A DNA stretch of 64,000 nucleotides from Solirubrobacterales bacterium (GCA_036278095.1 DASULS010000008.1:7974-71973); one strand, 5' to 3'. Numbered from the stretch's first letter, positions 54,770 to 64,000 are shown. Translations and numbers: made by a program. Notes: generated by a model not told the origin, from the letters alone.

Positions 54770-55915
54770 ATGGATTCTCAGCTTACTTCCACGGATTGTG
54801 AGCACCTACGGCGGGCGTTGGAGCTGGCGGAGTGCGGGCGTGGGCGAGTTAGCCCGAATCCCCTCGTGGGTTCAATCGTGGTCCGCGACGGCGCCGTGAT
54901 CGGTGAGGGGTTTCATGCTGAGCTCGGTGGGCTGCACGCCGAGCGAGCTGCGCTGGAGGATTGCAGGCGTCGCGGGGAGGACCCGGCCGGGGCGACGATG
55001 TACGTGACGCTGGAGCCCTGCGCGCACCAGGGGAGACAGCCGCCGTGCGTGGAGGCGATCCTCGAGGCTGGGATCGGTCGCGTCGTGATCGCCTCCGAGG
55101 ACCCGAGCGAGAAGGCGGCCGGCCGCGGCCCCGGCATCCTCCGCGACGGCGGCGTCGAAGTGTCGTTCGCCGCCGGCGCCGAGGCGACCGCCGCCCGTCG
55201 CCTCAACCAGCCCTTCCGCAAGCACGCCCGCACCGGCCTGCCGCTGGTCGTCCTGAAGATGGCGATGTCCCTCGACGGCCAGACCCAAACGGCCCCTGGC
55301 GATTCGCCTTGGATCTCCGGCCCCGAGAGCCGCGAGCTCGTCCACCAATGGCGCGCCGAATCCGACGCGATCGCCGTCGGCATCGGCACCGTCCTCGCCG
55401 ACGACCCCCTCCTCACCGCCCGCATCGAAGGCGCCCGCCAACCCACGCGCGTCGTATTCGACCGCCACGCCCGCCTCCCACTGGAGTCCCAGCTCCTCCA
55501 GACCCTCGACCAGTCCCCGGTCCTGGTCGTCACCGCGCCCAATGCTCCAAGCGACCGCGTAAGCGCTCTTCGAGATGCGGGCGCAGAGATCCTCGTGGCG
55601 ACTGGCATTGATGCGGCGCTCGCGGAGCTGGGCCGCCGCGAAGTCACCAGCCTCTTCCTCGAGGGCGGCCGAACCCTCGCATCGGCCTTCCTCGCAGCCG
55701 ACCAGATCGACGAATCCCGTACCTTCATCGCCCCGATGCTTCTAGGTCGTCAACCAAATCCGGCCCCCCGCGCGGGTGGCGACGATCGGGAGGACTCTCC
55801 CGGTAGGGAGAGCCCCCGATCGGAGACAGGACCCGCGCGCCTGACCGCCCTGGAGTCGTCAACCGAGCAGGTAGGGGAGGACACTTTGATCACGGCCCGG
55901 TTCAAGGAGTGGTGA
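54770..55915 (+). CDS. ribD: Bifunctional riboflavin deaminase/reductase RibD
   Basis: HAERAAL and TLEPCAHQGRQPPC zinc-deaminase motifs, with a C-terminal reductase domain. Confidence 0.9.
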   Translation: MDSQLTSTDCEHLRRALELAECGRGRVSPNPLVGSIVVRDGAVIGEGFHAELGGLHAERAALEDCRRRGEDPAGATMYVTLEPCAHQGRQPPCVEAILEAGIGRVVIASEDPSEKAAGRGPGILRDGGVEVSFAAGAEATAARRLNQPFRKHARTGLPLVVLKMAMSLDGQTQTAPGDSPWISGPESRELVHQWRAESDAIAVGIGTVLADDPLLTARIEGARQPTRVVFDRHARLPLESQLLQTLDQSPVLVVTAPNAPSDRVSALRDAGAEILVATGIDAALAELGRREVTSLFLEGGRTLASAFLAADQIDESRTFIAPMLLGRQPNPAPRAGGDDREDSPGRESPRSETGPARLTALESSTEQVGEDTLITARFKEW

Positions 55916-55916
55916 G

Positions 55917-56516
55917 GTGTTCACGGGCCTGATCGAAGACGTGGGAACTGTCGAGGCGATCGACCGCACCGGCGACGGTGCGCGCTTGCGCATCTCCACC
56001 CCGCTGACCCGCGACCTGGCGCTTGGCGACAGCATCGCCGTCAACGGCTGCTGCCTCACCGCGACCGCAGTGGATGCCGGCCAATTCGAGACCGAGGCGA
56101 TGAACCAGACCTTGACCGTCACCGCCCTCGACGGAGTTGAGCAAGGCAGCCGCGTGAACCTGGAGCTGGCGATGAAGGCCTCCGACCGCCTCGGCGGCCA
56201 CATCGTCCAAGGGCACGTCGACGGCGTCGGTACCGTGGTCTCCGCCGAGGACGACGGCTTCGCTCGCCGCCTCCGCGTCGAGCTCCCGCAAGAGATTCTC
56301 CGCTACGTGATCGACAAGGGCGCGATCACGCTCAGCGGCGTCAGCCTCACGGTCGCGAATTTGGGGGATTCTTGGGCTGAGGTTTCCCTCATCCCTGAGA
56401 CCCTGGAGCGGACCAACCTCGGCGAAGCCGGGCCGGGAAGCAAGCTGAATGTCGAGTGCGACATCGTGGCGAAGTACGTGGAGCGTTTGGTGGCACCATT
56501 CGCCGGAAAGGAGTAG
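55917..56516 (+). CDS. ribE: Riboflavin synthase alpha chain
   Basis: GTG start. [12 protein letters not shown] and duplicated lumazine-binding halves ([22 protein letters not shown]). Confidence 0.9.
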   Translation: MFTGLIEDVGTVEAIDRTGDGARLRISTPLTRDLALGDSIAVNGCCLTATAVDAGQFETEAMNQTLTVTALDGVEQGSRVNLELAMKASDRLGGHIVQGHVDGVGTVVSAEDDGFARRLRVELPQEILRYVIDKGAITLSGVSLTVANLGDSWAEVSLIPETLERTNLGEAGPGSKLNVECDIVAKYVERLVAPFAGKE

Positions 56517-56518
56517 GC

Positions 56519-57841
56519 GTGAGCCAGATGGCCGAAGTCCAGAAACAAGAGCGCAGCACGAGCACGGGCGGGAGCCCGTTCGCCTCGATCGAGGAGGCGA
56601 TCGAGGAGATCCGCGCCGGCCGCATGGTCGTCGTCTGCGACGGCGAGGACCGCGAGAACGAGGGCGACCTGGTGATGGCGGCGCAGTTCGCGACGCCGGA
56701 GGCGGTCAACTTCATGGCCAAGGAGGCGCGCGGGCTGGTCTGCCTGGCGCTGACCGCGAGGCGCTGCGAACGCCTGGGGCTGAACCTGATGGCGGCGAAG
56801 AACGAGGCGCCGCTGGAAACCGCCTTCACGGTCTCGATCGAGGCCGCCGGCGGTGTCAGCACCGGCATCTCCGCCCACGACCGCGCCCACACGATCCAGG
56901 TCGCGATCGACCCCGACTCGGGCCCGCGCGACATCGTCGTCCCCGGCCACATGTTCCCGCTGCGCGCCAAAGACGGCGGCGTCCTGGAGCGCACCGGCCA
57001 CACCGAGGCCAGCGTCGACCTCGCCCGCCTCGCCGGCCTCACCCCGGCCGGCGTCATCTGCGAGGTGATGAACGACGACGGCACGATGGCCCGGGTCCCG
57101 GACCTGATCCCCTACTGCGAGAAGCACGGGCTGAAGATGATCACCGTCGCCGACCTGATCGCCTACCGCCGCCGCACCGAGAAGCTGGTCGAGCGCGTCG
57201 TCGCCACCGGCCTGCCGACCGCCTTCGGCGACTTCACCGCCGTCGGCTACCGCTCCCTGGTCGACGACAAACACCATGTGGCGATGGTCAAGGGCGAGGT
57301 CGACGGCGAGGAGGACATCCTCGTCCGCGTCCACTCCGAGTGCCTCACCGGCGACGTCTTCCACAGCATGCGCTGCGACTGCGGCGAGCAGCTGGAAGCG
57401 GCGCTCTCGATGATCGAGCGCGAGGGGCGCGGCGTCCTGCTCTACCTCTCTCAGGAGGGGCGCGGGATCGGCCTGCTGAACAAGCTGCGCGCCTACAAGC
57501 TGCAGGAGGAAGGCGCCGACACCGTCGAGGCCAACCTCAAGCTGGGCCTGCCCGCCGACCTGCGCGACTACGGCATCGGGGCGCAGATCCTCGGCGACCT
57601 CGGCCTGACCAGCATCCGCATTCTCACCAACAACCCGAAAAAGATCGTCGGCCTCGAGGGCTACGGCCTCTCGGTCACCGAGCAGGTGCCGATCGAGTCG
57701 GCCCCCAACACCCACAATGAGGCCTACCTGCGCGCCAAGCGCGACAAGATGGGGCACTCGCTGCACCATCAGGGCCTTGCCCTCGATGAGGAGATGATCC
57801 GCGACGAGGAGGAACGCGACGCCAAGGACGCCGATGGCTGA
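56519..57841 (+). CDS. ribBA: Bifunctional DHBP synthase / GTP cyclohydrolase II
   Basis: GTG 56519 lies 5 nt after GGAG (alternative ATG 56528). DRENEGDLV and [20 protein letters not shown] motifs. Confidence 0.95.
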   Translation: MSQMAEVQKQERSTSTGGSPFASIEEAIEEIRAGRMVVVCDGEDRENEGDLVMAAQFATPEAVNFMAKEARGLVCLALTARRCERLGLNLMAAKNEAPLETAFTVSIEAAGGVSTGISAHDRAHTIQVAIDPDSGPRDIVVPGHMFPLRAKDGGVLERTGHTEASVDLARLAGLTPAGVICEVMNDDGTMARVPDLIPYCEKHGLKMITVADLIAYRRRTEKLVERVVATGLPTAFGDFTAVGYRSLVDDKHHVAMVKGEVDGEEDILVRVHSECLTGDVFHSMRCDCGEQLEAALSMIEREGRGVLLYLSQEGRGIGLLNKLRAYKLQEEGADTVEANLKLGLPADLRDYGIGAQILGDLGLTSIRILTNNPKKIVGLEGYGLSVTEQVPIESAPNTHNEAYLRAKRDKMGHSLHHQGLALDEEMIRDEEERDAKDADG

Positions 57842-58340
57842 GGCCGGGGCGTTCCTGGAGGAGTTCCGGGACGAAGAAAAAGGGGCGCTGAAGGATCTGA
57901 AGTTTGCGGTTGTGGTCGGGCGCTTTTATGAGGACCTGGCGCAGCGGCTGGTGAGAGGCGCTCAGCAGGGCTTTGAGATCGCTGGCGTCCCCGCCTTCAA
58001 CGTTCACGAGTACTCCGTCCCAGGTGCTTACGAGCTCCCGTTTGCCGCCAAGGCATTCATCGAAGGAGCGGAAAGCAGGGGAGAGGAGCCCGGAGGCGTC
58101 GCCTGCCTCGGCGTCGTCATCCGGGGCGAGACCGACCACTACGACTTCGTCTGCGCCGAGTCCGCGCGCGGCATCCAGCAGGTACAGCTGGAGACGGGAG
58201 TTCCTTGCGCCTTCGGCGTCATCACCTGCGACAACATGGACCAGGCGCTGGCCCGCTCCGGAGGCGACAAGCGCGACCAGGGCCGCAACGCCGCCCTCAC
58301 CGTCGCCCGCATGGCCCTGCTCAAGCGCCAGATCGGCTGA
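57834..58340 (+). CDS. ribH: 6,7-dimethyl-8-ribityllumazine synthase
   Basis: Overlaps the ribBA end by 8 nt. VPGAYELP and [12 protein letters not shown] motifs. Confidence 0.9.
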   Translation: MAEAGAFLEEFRDEEKGALKDLKFAVVVGRFYEDLAQRLVRGAQQGFEIAGVPAFNVHEYSVPGAYELPFAAKAFIEGAESRGEEPGGVACLGVVIRGETDHYDFVCAESARGIQQVQLETGVPCAFGVITCDNMDQALARSGGDKRDQGRNAALTVARMALLKRQIG

Positions 58341-58363
58341 CTCAGCTACCATCCAGCGTCCTC

Positions 58364-58555
58364 ATGGCCAAGGTATGCCACAGCTGCGGCAAGGGACCGG
58401 CGTTCGGCCAGTCCCGCAGCCACTCGATGGTCGCGACCAAGCGCCGCTTCGAGCCGAACCTGCAAAAGGTCCGGATCCAAGAGAACGGCCGCCCCCTCCG
58501 CGCCTACGTCTGCACGCGCTGCCTCAAGGCCAACAAGGTCCAAAAGGCCGCGTAG
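58364..58555 (+). CDS. rpmB: 50S ribosomal protein L28
   Basis: MAKVCHSCGKGPAFGQSRSHS...RAYVCTRCLK, 63 aa. Confidence 0.9.
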   Translation: MAKVCHSCGKGPAFGQSRSHSMVATKRRFEPNLQKVRIQENGRPLRAYVCTRCLKANKVQKAA

Positions 58556-58615
58556 TCCTCGAAAAAGCGGCGGGGTAGGGGGGAGAGGCCGAGGGGCTGT
58601 CGACTTAGTGGACAT

Positions 58616-59497
58616 ATGGGCCACAAAAGCGACACGGTCGATTCGCGTGTGGCGAGAATCGCGGCGCAGCAGCATGGAGTCGTGACGTTGCGGCAGCTCG
58701 AAGAGGTGGGATTGACGCGCGAGGCGACTTACAAGCGAGCGCGGAGAGGACGTTTGCACCGCCTCCACCGCGGTGTCTACGCGGTGGGGCACCGTGCCCC
58801 CACGCACCACAGCCGCTGGATGGCCGCGGTGCTCGCTTGCGGTGAGGGAGCGGTGTTGAGCCACGGGTCCGCGGCGGCGCTTTGGGGACTCCTGCGGCCG
58901 ATCAACGGACCCATTCATGTCTCCGTGCCATCCACCACGGGCCGCAAGCGACGCTCCGGAATCCACCTCCACCGAGTGCCCTCCCTCTCGCCCTCCTCCT
59001 CAGCAATTAGAGGAGGGCGAGAGGGAGGGCGCGTGTGCACCCGCCGCCACAACATCCCCGTGACCACGATCCAACGCACGATCGACGACCTCGAGGGCTC
59101 CATTGCCCCGTACCTCCTGCGTCGCGCTCGCCGCCAAGCCGAGCTGATGGGCGTGCGCCTCGAGGGCGCCGAGGGGCGCCGCCTCCGCTCCGATCTCGAG
59201 GAAGGCTTCCTCGCGCTCTGCCACCGCCACCCCTTGCCACCGCCCGAGACGAACGTCAAGCTCGGCCGCTGGGAGGTCGACTTCCTCTGGCGCGAGCAGA
59301 AGCTCGTCGTCGAAATCGACTCGTTCCTCTACCACCGAGGGTCGATCTCATTCCACGAAGACCACGCTCGCGACCTCGACCTGCGTCGACGTGGCTACAC
59401 GGTGCTGCGCTTCACGGAAAAGCAGCTCGAAGAGGAACCCGAGCACCTCGCCGCCGACGTGGCGCGGGCCCTCGGCGAGAAAGCGCTAGCCGTCTGA
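58616..59497 (+). CDS. AbiEi-like wHTH + DUF559 protein, paralogue 3 (carries an internal palindrome)
   Basis: QHGVVTLRQLEEVG, GRLHRLHRGVY, RWMAAVLACGEGAVLSHGSAAALWG and EVDFLWREQKLVVEIDSFLYH blocks. Its 3' end overlaps the convergent MMPL gene by 12 nt. Confidence 0.8.
   Translation: MGHKSDTVDSRVARIAAQQHGVVTLRQLEEVGLTREATYKRARRGRLHRLHRGVYAVGHRAPTHHSRWMAAVLACGEGAVLSHGSAAALWGLLRPINGPIHVSVPSTTGRKRRSGIHLHRVPSLSPSSSAIRGGREGGRVCTRRHNIPVTTIQRTIDDLEGSIAPYLLRRARRQAELMGVRLEGAEGRRLRSDLEEGFLALCHRHPLPPPETNVKLGRWEVDFLWREQKLVVEIDSFLYHRGSISFHEDHARDLDLRRRGYTVLRFTEKQLEEEPEHLAADVARALGEKALAV
58978..59030. repeat. Palindromic element inside a coding sequence: 20-bp perfect inverted repeat, 13-nt loop
   Basis: GCCCTCCCTCTCGCCCTCCT 58978-58997 is the reverse complement of 59011-59030. 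It is translated in frame as PSLSPSSSAIRGGREGG. Confidence 0.9.
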
Positions 59498-61687
59498 CTC
59501 GCTGCCGACCGCGGCAACGACCGGGTGCTCGCCGGTGGGGGCGGGGTCGCCCTCGGCGGGCTCGACGTGGAGCTTGGGGCAGGCGCGGTCGAGCCAGCCG
59601 GGGAAGTACCAGGCGCGCTTGCCGAGCAGCTGCATGATCGCCGGCACCAGGACCGAGCGGATGATCACGGCGTCGATGAGGACCGCCGAGGCGAGGCCGA
59701 GGCCGAAGAGTTTGATAATCCGGTCTTCGCCGAGCATGAAGGAGGCGAAGACGGTGACCATGATCGCCGCCGCCGCCGTGATCACCCGGCCGGTCAGGGC
59801 GAGGCCGCGATGGACCGCCTCGCTCGCGTCCCCGCTGCGCTCCCACTCCTCGTGGATCCGCGACATCAGAAACACCTCGTAGTCCATCGAGAGCCCGAAG
59901 ACGATCGAGAAGAGGAAGATCGGGAAGAAGGAGATGATCGGTCCGGTGGCGTCGACGCCGATCAGGCTTGCGCCCCAGCCCCACTGGAAGACGGCGACGA
60001 TCAGCCCGAAGGCGGCGCCGATCGAGAGCAGGTTCATCACCACCGCCTTCACCGGCACCAGCAGCGAGCGGAAGACGATCATCAGCAGCAGCGCCGAGAG
60101 CAGGACGACGACGCCGATGAAGAGCGGCAGCTTGCCGGCGATCGCGTTGCCGAAGTCCTCGAAGATCGCGTTGATGCCGCCGACGTGGATCTGCGCCCCC
60201 GTCTTTTCCTCCACCGGCGGGATCACCTCGTTGCGAATGTGGTCGAGCAGGTCGGTGGTGTCCGCGCTCTGCGGCGAGGTGGTCGGGTAGAGCTGGAAGA
60301 CGCCGACCGTCTTGTTCGGGTTGAGGGTGACGTCGGTGACTTCTTCGACCCCTTCTTCGCCCTTCAGCTGCGCGCGCAGTTCTTCCAGCGCTTCGTCGTT
60401 GCCCTTTTCGGGCAGTTCGGCGGCGAGGACGAACGGGCCGTTGAAGCCGGGCCCGAAGCCTTCGGCGAGCAGGTCGTAGGCTTCGCGCGTAGTCGTCCCG
60501 GCCGGGTCGGTGCCGGCGTCGTTGGTGCCGAGCCGCAGCGAGAGCGTCGGGATGCAGAGGGCGATCAGGATCCCGCCGGAGATCAGCGCCGCGACCCACG
60601 GCCGCCGCTGGATCCGGCCGCTCCAGCGGAACCACCAGCTGCTTTCGTCGATGCTGCGGGCGCCGCTGCCGAGGAACGGGATGCGCAGCCGGTTCACCCA
60701 GTTGCCGGCGATCGCCAGCATCGCCGGCAGCAGGGTCAGCGCCGCGATCATCGTGAACAGCACCGCCAGCGCCGCCGCCATCGCCACCCCGTAGAGGAAG
60801 GGGAGGCCGAGCAGCATCATCCCCATCAGCGAGATGATCACCGTGATCCCGGCGAAGAGCACCGCCCGCCCGGCGGTGTCGACGGCGGCGACCGCAGCCT
60901 CGCGCTTGTCGAGCCCCTCGTCGAGCCCGTTGCGGAAGCGGGTGAGGATGAAGAGGGCGTAGTCGACCCCGACGCCGAGCCCGATCATGAACGCCAGCTG
61001 GGGCGCGAATTCGGCGGTGTTGAAGACGTGGGTGAAGAGCGTGATCGCGCTGATCCCGACCCCGAGCGCGAACAGCGCGGTCAGGATCGGCAGTCCCATC
61101 GCGACGATCGAGCCGAAGCTGATCAGCAGGACCACGATCGCGGCGAGGACGCCGATCCCCTCCGAGGAGCTTTCTTCTTCTTCGCCCCGGACTTCCTCGA
61201 CCGGCGAGCCCCCGAGCTCCACCTGGAGGCCATCGCCGCCCGCTGCCTGGGCGGTGGTCATGATCTTCTTGACTTCGCCGTCGTTCAGCTTGTCGGTGGT
61301 GACGTTGAACTGGGCGGTCGCGTAGGCGATCTTGCCGTTGTCGCTGACCGCGCCGGCGCCGCCATTTTCGTAAGGGCTGGAGACTTCGCTGACGTGGGGC
61401 AGCGCCTCGACCTGCTTGAAGACGCCTTCCATCTTGCTCTTGACGGCCGGCGCCTCGACCCCGGATTCGGCCTTGTAGACGATCTGCACCGTGTCGCCCG
61501 CCTGGGCGGGGAAGCGGTTTTCCAGCAGGTCGAGGGCGTCCTTGGAGTCGGAGCTGGGCAGGCTGAATTCTTCGCTGAAGTCCGAGCCGGCCGAGGCCGC
61601 GACCATCCCGATCAAGATCAGGCCGACGACCCAGCCGACGATGACGATTGCGCGGTGACTGGTGATCCAACTGGCGAAGCGACGCAT
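59486..61687 (-). CDS. MMPL/RND-superfamily membrane transporter
   Basis: ATG 61687 (MRRFASWITSHRAIVIV). Two 6-TM bundles separated by soluble loops, and a typical MMPL block (DYALFILTRF, DYEVFLMSRI). Confidence 0.85.
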   Translation of the reverse strand: MRRFASWITSHRAIVIVGWVVGLILIGMVAASAGSDFSEEFSLPSSDSKDALDLLENRFPAQAGDTVQIVYKAESGVEAPAVKSKMEGVFKQVEALPHVSEVSSPYENGGAGAVSDNGKIAYATAQFNVTTDKLNDGEVKKIMTTAQAAGGDGLQVELGGSPVEEVRGEEEESSSEGIGVLAAIVVLLISFGSIVAMGLPILTALFALGVGISAITLFTHVFNTAEFAPQLAFMIGLGVGVDYALFILTRFRNGLDEGLDKREAAVAAVDTAGRAVLFAGITVIISLMGMMLLGLPFLYGVAMAAALAVLFTMIAALTLLPAMLAIAGNWVNRLRIPFLGSGARSIDESSWWFRWSGRIQRRPWVAALISGGILIALCIPTLSLRLGTNDAGTDPAGTTTREAYDLLAEGFGPGFNGPFVLAAELPEKGNDEALEELRAQLKGEEGVEEVTDVTLNPNKTVGVFQLYPTTSPQSADTTDLLDHIRNEVIPPVEEKTGAQIHVGGINAIFEDFGNAIAGKLPLFIGVVVLLSALLLMIVFRSLLVPVKAVVMNLLSIGAAFGLIVAVFQWGWGASLIGVDATGPIISFFPIFLFSIVFGLSMDYEVFLMSRIHEEWERSGDASEAVHRGLALTGRVITAAAAIMVTVFASFMLGEDRIIKLFGLGLASAVLIDAVIIRSVLVPAIMQLLGKRAWYFPGWLDRACPKLHVEPAEGDPAPTGEHPVVAAVGSESDG

Positions 61688-61777
61688 TCGAGCGCACGCT
61701 ACCAACCGACCCAGCGGCTCCGATGTGAGGGGGCTCACGCGGCTTGTTGTCGCTGGCGGGGACTAGATTCCCGATTG

Positions 61778-63409
61778 ATGCCCGATCCCTCGATCGCCCG
61801 TTTCCGCCGGGTAATCACCTCTGCCTATGCCTCCCTGGAGGGGCGCCGCCAGGAGGTCAACGACCTCAACGTCTTCCCTGTCGCCGACGGCGACACCGGC
61901 GACAACATGGCGATGACCCTGCGCGCGGTGATGGAAGAGCTCGACCGCCTCGACGGTCAGTCGGTCGACGAGATCGGCCGCACCGAGCTGGTCCAGGCGC
62001 TGGCGCGGGCGGCGCTGATGGGCGCGCGCGGCAACTCCGGCGTCATCCTCAGCCAGATCGTCCGCGGCGCCGCCGAGGAGCTCGCCAGCCGCCCCGGCGA
62101 GCTGGTCGACCCGACCCTCGTCGCCGCCGCCTTCGCCAAGGCCGCCGACGCCGCTTACGACTCGGTGCGCGAGCCGGCCGAGGGGACGATGCTGACCGTC
62201 TTCCGCGAGATGGCCCACTCGCTCGCCCGCCAGCTCGCCCACCTCGAAGCCGACCAGCAGCGGCTCGGCCGCGACGTCAGCGAGACCGAGCAGGACGCGG
62301 TCCTGGCCCGGGTGCTGGAGCAGGCGATCGCCGACGGCGAGAAGGCGGTCGCCCGCACCCCCGAGCAGCTGGCGGTCCTGCGCGACTCCGGCGTCGTCGA
62401 CGCCGGCGGCCACGGCCTCGTCCTCATCCTCGCCGGGGTCGTCGCCGGCCTGCGCGGCGACGGCGCCGAGCTGCCCAAGGTAGCCCACCACGAGCCGCCG
62501 CGCCGCAGCCTGCCCCACCACGAGGACAGCCGCTACCGCTACTGCACCAACTTCATCGTCTCCGGCAGCGGCCTCGGCAACCGCGAGTACCTGCCGCGGC
62601 TGGAGAAGCTCGGCGACTCGGTCCTCGTCGTCGGCGACGACGTCACCCTCAAGGTCCACGTCCACACCGACGAGCCCGAGGCGGCGGTCGCCGTCTTCGA
62701 CGGGGTGGGGGAGGTGGCCAACCTCGACGTCGCCGACATGCGCGAGCAGATGGCCGAACGCGACGCCCGCCTCGCCGCCGGCCGCACCGGGGTCGTCGCC
62801 GTCGCCGCCGGCGAGGGGCTGCAGCGCCTCTTCGGCGAGCTCGGCGCCCACGTGGTCCCGGGCGGCGAGACCCTCAACCCCTCCACCTACGAGCTGCTCG
62901 CCGGCATCCACAGCGTCCCCGCCGAGGAAGTCCTCGTCCTGCCCAGCTCCTCGAACGTGATCATGGCCGCCGAGCGCGCCTGCGAGCTCTCCGAGAAGCC
63001 GGCGCGGGTGGTGCCCGCGACCTCGCAGCAGGCGAGCCTGCTGGCGCTGGTCGAGCTCGACCCCGACCACTCGCTGGAGGAGAACGCGGCGCAGCTGCAG
63101 GAGGCGGTCGACGGGCTCGCCACCGGCGGCGTCGCCCCCGCCGCCCGCGACGACGCCCAGGGCCGGTTCAAGAAGGGCGACGCGGTCGGCTTCGCCGACG
63201 GCGAGATCGTCGCCCACGGCGGCGCCGGCTCGACCTTGACCGAAACGCTGGCGCACCTCGCCGCGGAGGCCGAGATCGTCACCGTGATCGCCGGCGAGGG
63301 CGCCCCGATCCCGCTGGCGGAGATCGACACCCACCTGCCCGACGGCGTCGAGGTCGAGACCCACGAGGGGGGGCAGCCGAGCTGGTGGTGGCTGCTGGCC
63401 GCCCAGTAA
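61778..63409 (+). CDS. DAK2-domain protein (YloV-like)
   Basis: ATG 61778. VFPVADGDTGDNM Dak phosphatase motif. Only the 3' part of the artefactual ORF 59525-63409 is used. Lies upstream of recG, as in many Gram-positives. Confidence 0.85.
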   Translation: MPDPSIARFRRVITSAYASLEGRRQEVNDLNVFPVADGDTGDNMAMTLRAVMEELDRLDGQSVDEIGRTELVQALARAALMGARGNSGVILSQIVRGAAEELASRPGELVDPTLVAAAFAKAADAAYDSVREPAEGTMLTVFREMAHSLARQLAHLEADQQRLGRDVSETEQDAVLARVLEQAIADGEKAVARTPEQLAVLRDSGVVDAGGHGLVLILAGVVAGLRGDGAELPKVAHHEPPRRSLPHHEDSRYRYCTNFIVSGSGLGNREYLPRLEKLGDSVLVVGDDVTLKVHVHTDEPEAAVAVFDGVGEVANLDVADMREQMAERDARLAAGRTGVVAVAAGEGLQRLFGELGAHVVPGGETLNPSTYELLAGIHSVPAEEVLVLPSSSNVIMAAERACELSEKPARVVPATSQQASLLALVELDPDHSLEENAAQLQEAVDGLATGGVAPAARDDAQGRFKKGDAVGFADGEIVAHGGAGSTLTETLAHLAAEAEIVTVIAGEGAPIPLAEIDTHLPDGVEVETHEGGQPSWWWLLAAQ

Positions 63410-64000
63410 CGCGCTCCTTCGCCGGCGCCCGCGACCTCGGCCGCGCCGACCTGCTCTCGGCGCCGGTTCGCTGGCCGCGGCCGAGCGTCCTCGCGGCCGG
63501 CCTCGGCTCGCTGAAGGGCGTCGGCCCGAAAACCGCCGAAGCAGCCGCCGCGGCCGGCATCCGCACCATCGGCGACCTTCTTCGCCACATCCCAAGGCGC
63601 CACCGCGACCTGAGGATTCGCCAGCTGGGAGACCTCGAACCCGGAGAGACCGCGACGATCTTCGTCGAGGTCCAGGGCTCCCAGCCCCGCCCCTTCCGCA
63701 AAGGCCGCCTCCGCATGGTCAGCGTCAAAGTCGGCGACGAAAGCGGGCACGTACGAGCAACCTGGTTCAACCAACCCTGGGTGGCTTCGAAGCTGATTCC
63801 CGGCGCCGAGCTGCTTCTCAGCGGCAAATACTCCGGCCGTGGCTTCGCTGTCCGTGAATGGGAGCTCGCCTCTTCTGCGGGTGGCGAGGGCGCTGGGGAT
63901 GCCGATCATCCTGCGCAGGCATCCCCGAACAGCCCTCGACGGGACCCGCAGTCGGAAACCATGGTCCCTGTCCACGGAGCGACGGAAGCCCTCCGTCCCT
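63385..64000 (+). CDS. recG: ATP-dependent DNA helicase RecG, N-terminal part (runs off the window)
   Basis: Hand translation of frame 1 gives LKGVGPKTAEAAAAAGIRTIGDLLRHIPRRH...ATIFVEV...ATWFNQPW (wedge domain). Start guessed at GTG 63385/63388. There is no stop before 64000. Not in the supplied ORF track. Confidence 0.8.
   Translation, partial: MVAAGRPVTRSFAGARDLGRADLLSAPVRWPRPSVLAAGLGSLKGVGPKTAEAAAAAGIRTIGDLLRHIPRRHRDLRIRQLGDLEPGETATIFVEVQGSQPRPFRKGRLRMVSVKVGDESGHVRATWFNQPWVASKLIPGAELLLSGKYSGRGFAVREWELASSAGGEGAGDADHPAQASPNSPRRDPQSETMVPVHGATEALRP

Noticed and set aside
59525-63409. 1294-aa ORF on the + strand
   Set aside because: Its first about 750 codons are the shadow frame antisense to the MMPL gene. 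Recognisable protein (DAK2 domain) begins only at ATG 61778.

Overview
The window is a very GC-rich (about 70% by eye), tightly packed bacterial chromosome segment with many GTG starts. It is most consistent with a high-GC Actinomycetota-type genome: there is no ftsA, ftsQ lies directly before ftsZ, and the backbone reads metK-priA-def-fmt-rsmB-rpe-rib. That assignment is inference only, because no database search was possible and all starts were chosen by eye.

Gene content is almost all core genes on the + strand:
- the end of a Tad/T2SS-F gene
- a complete dcw cluster: mraZ-rsmH-ftsL-ftsI-murE-murF-mraY-[alpha/beta hydrolase + antisense vapBC]-murD-ftsW-murG-murC-murB-ftsQ-ftsZ
- glycine cleavage genes gcvT-gcvH-gcvPA-gcvPB
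- an NHEJ pair (LigD polymerase domain + Ku)
- a FetAB-like ABC exporter and a DHA2 MFS transporter
- trpS and scpA-scpB-rluB
- an aromatic amino-acid block, aroH-hisC-aroG-tyrA-aroA
- hydrolase-cmk-der, then metK and priA-def-fmt-rsmB
- a small zinc-ribbon ORF and rpe
- a minus-strand antiporter-flippase-GT2 block
- ribD-ribE-ribBA-ribH, rpmB, an MMPL transporter, and DAK2(yloV)-recG (partial)

No rRNA, tRNA, CRISPR array or classical IS was seen.

The non-core signals worth following up are:
1. Three intact paralogues of an AbiEi-like wHTH + DUF559 (Vsr-like endonuclease fold) gene, plus one possible remnant. Each sits at a break in conserved gene order and each touches a palindromic element.
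2. A dispersed family of long, near-perfect GC-rich palindromes (17-28 bp stems, GGAGGG...CCCTCC ends, REP/BIME-like build). They fill most gene gaps, and several are absorbed in frame into coding sequence.
3. A 55-nt hairpin module present twice that displays an ATG in its loop and supplies the start codon of the downstream gene.
4. Interruption of the dcw cluster by a hydrolase and an antisense VapBC module.
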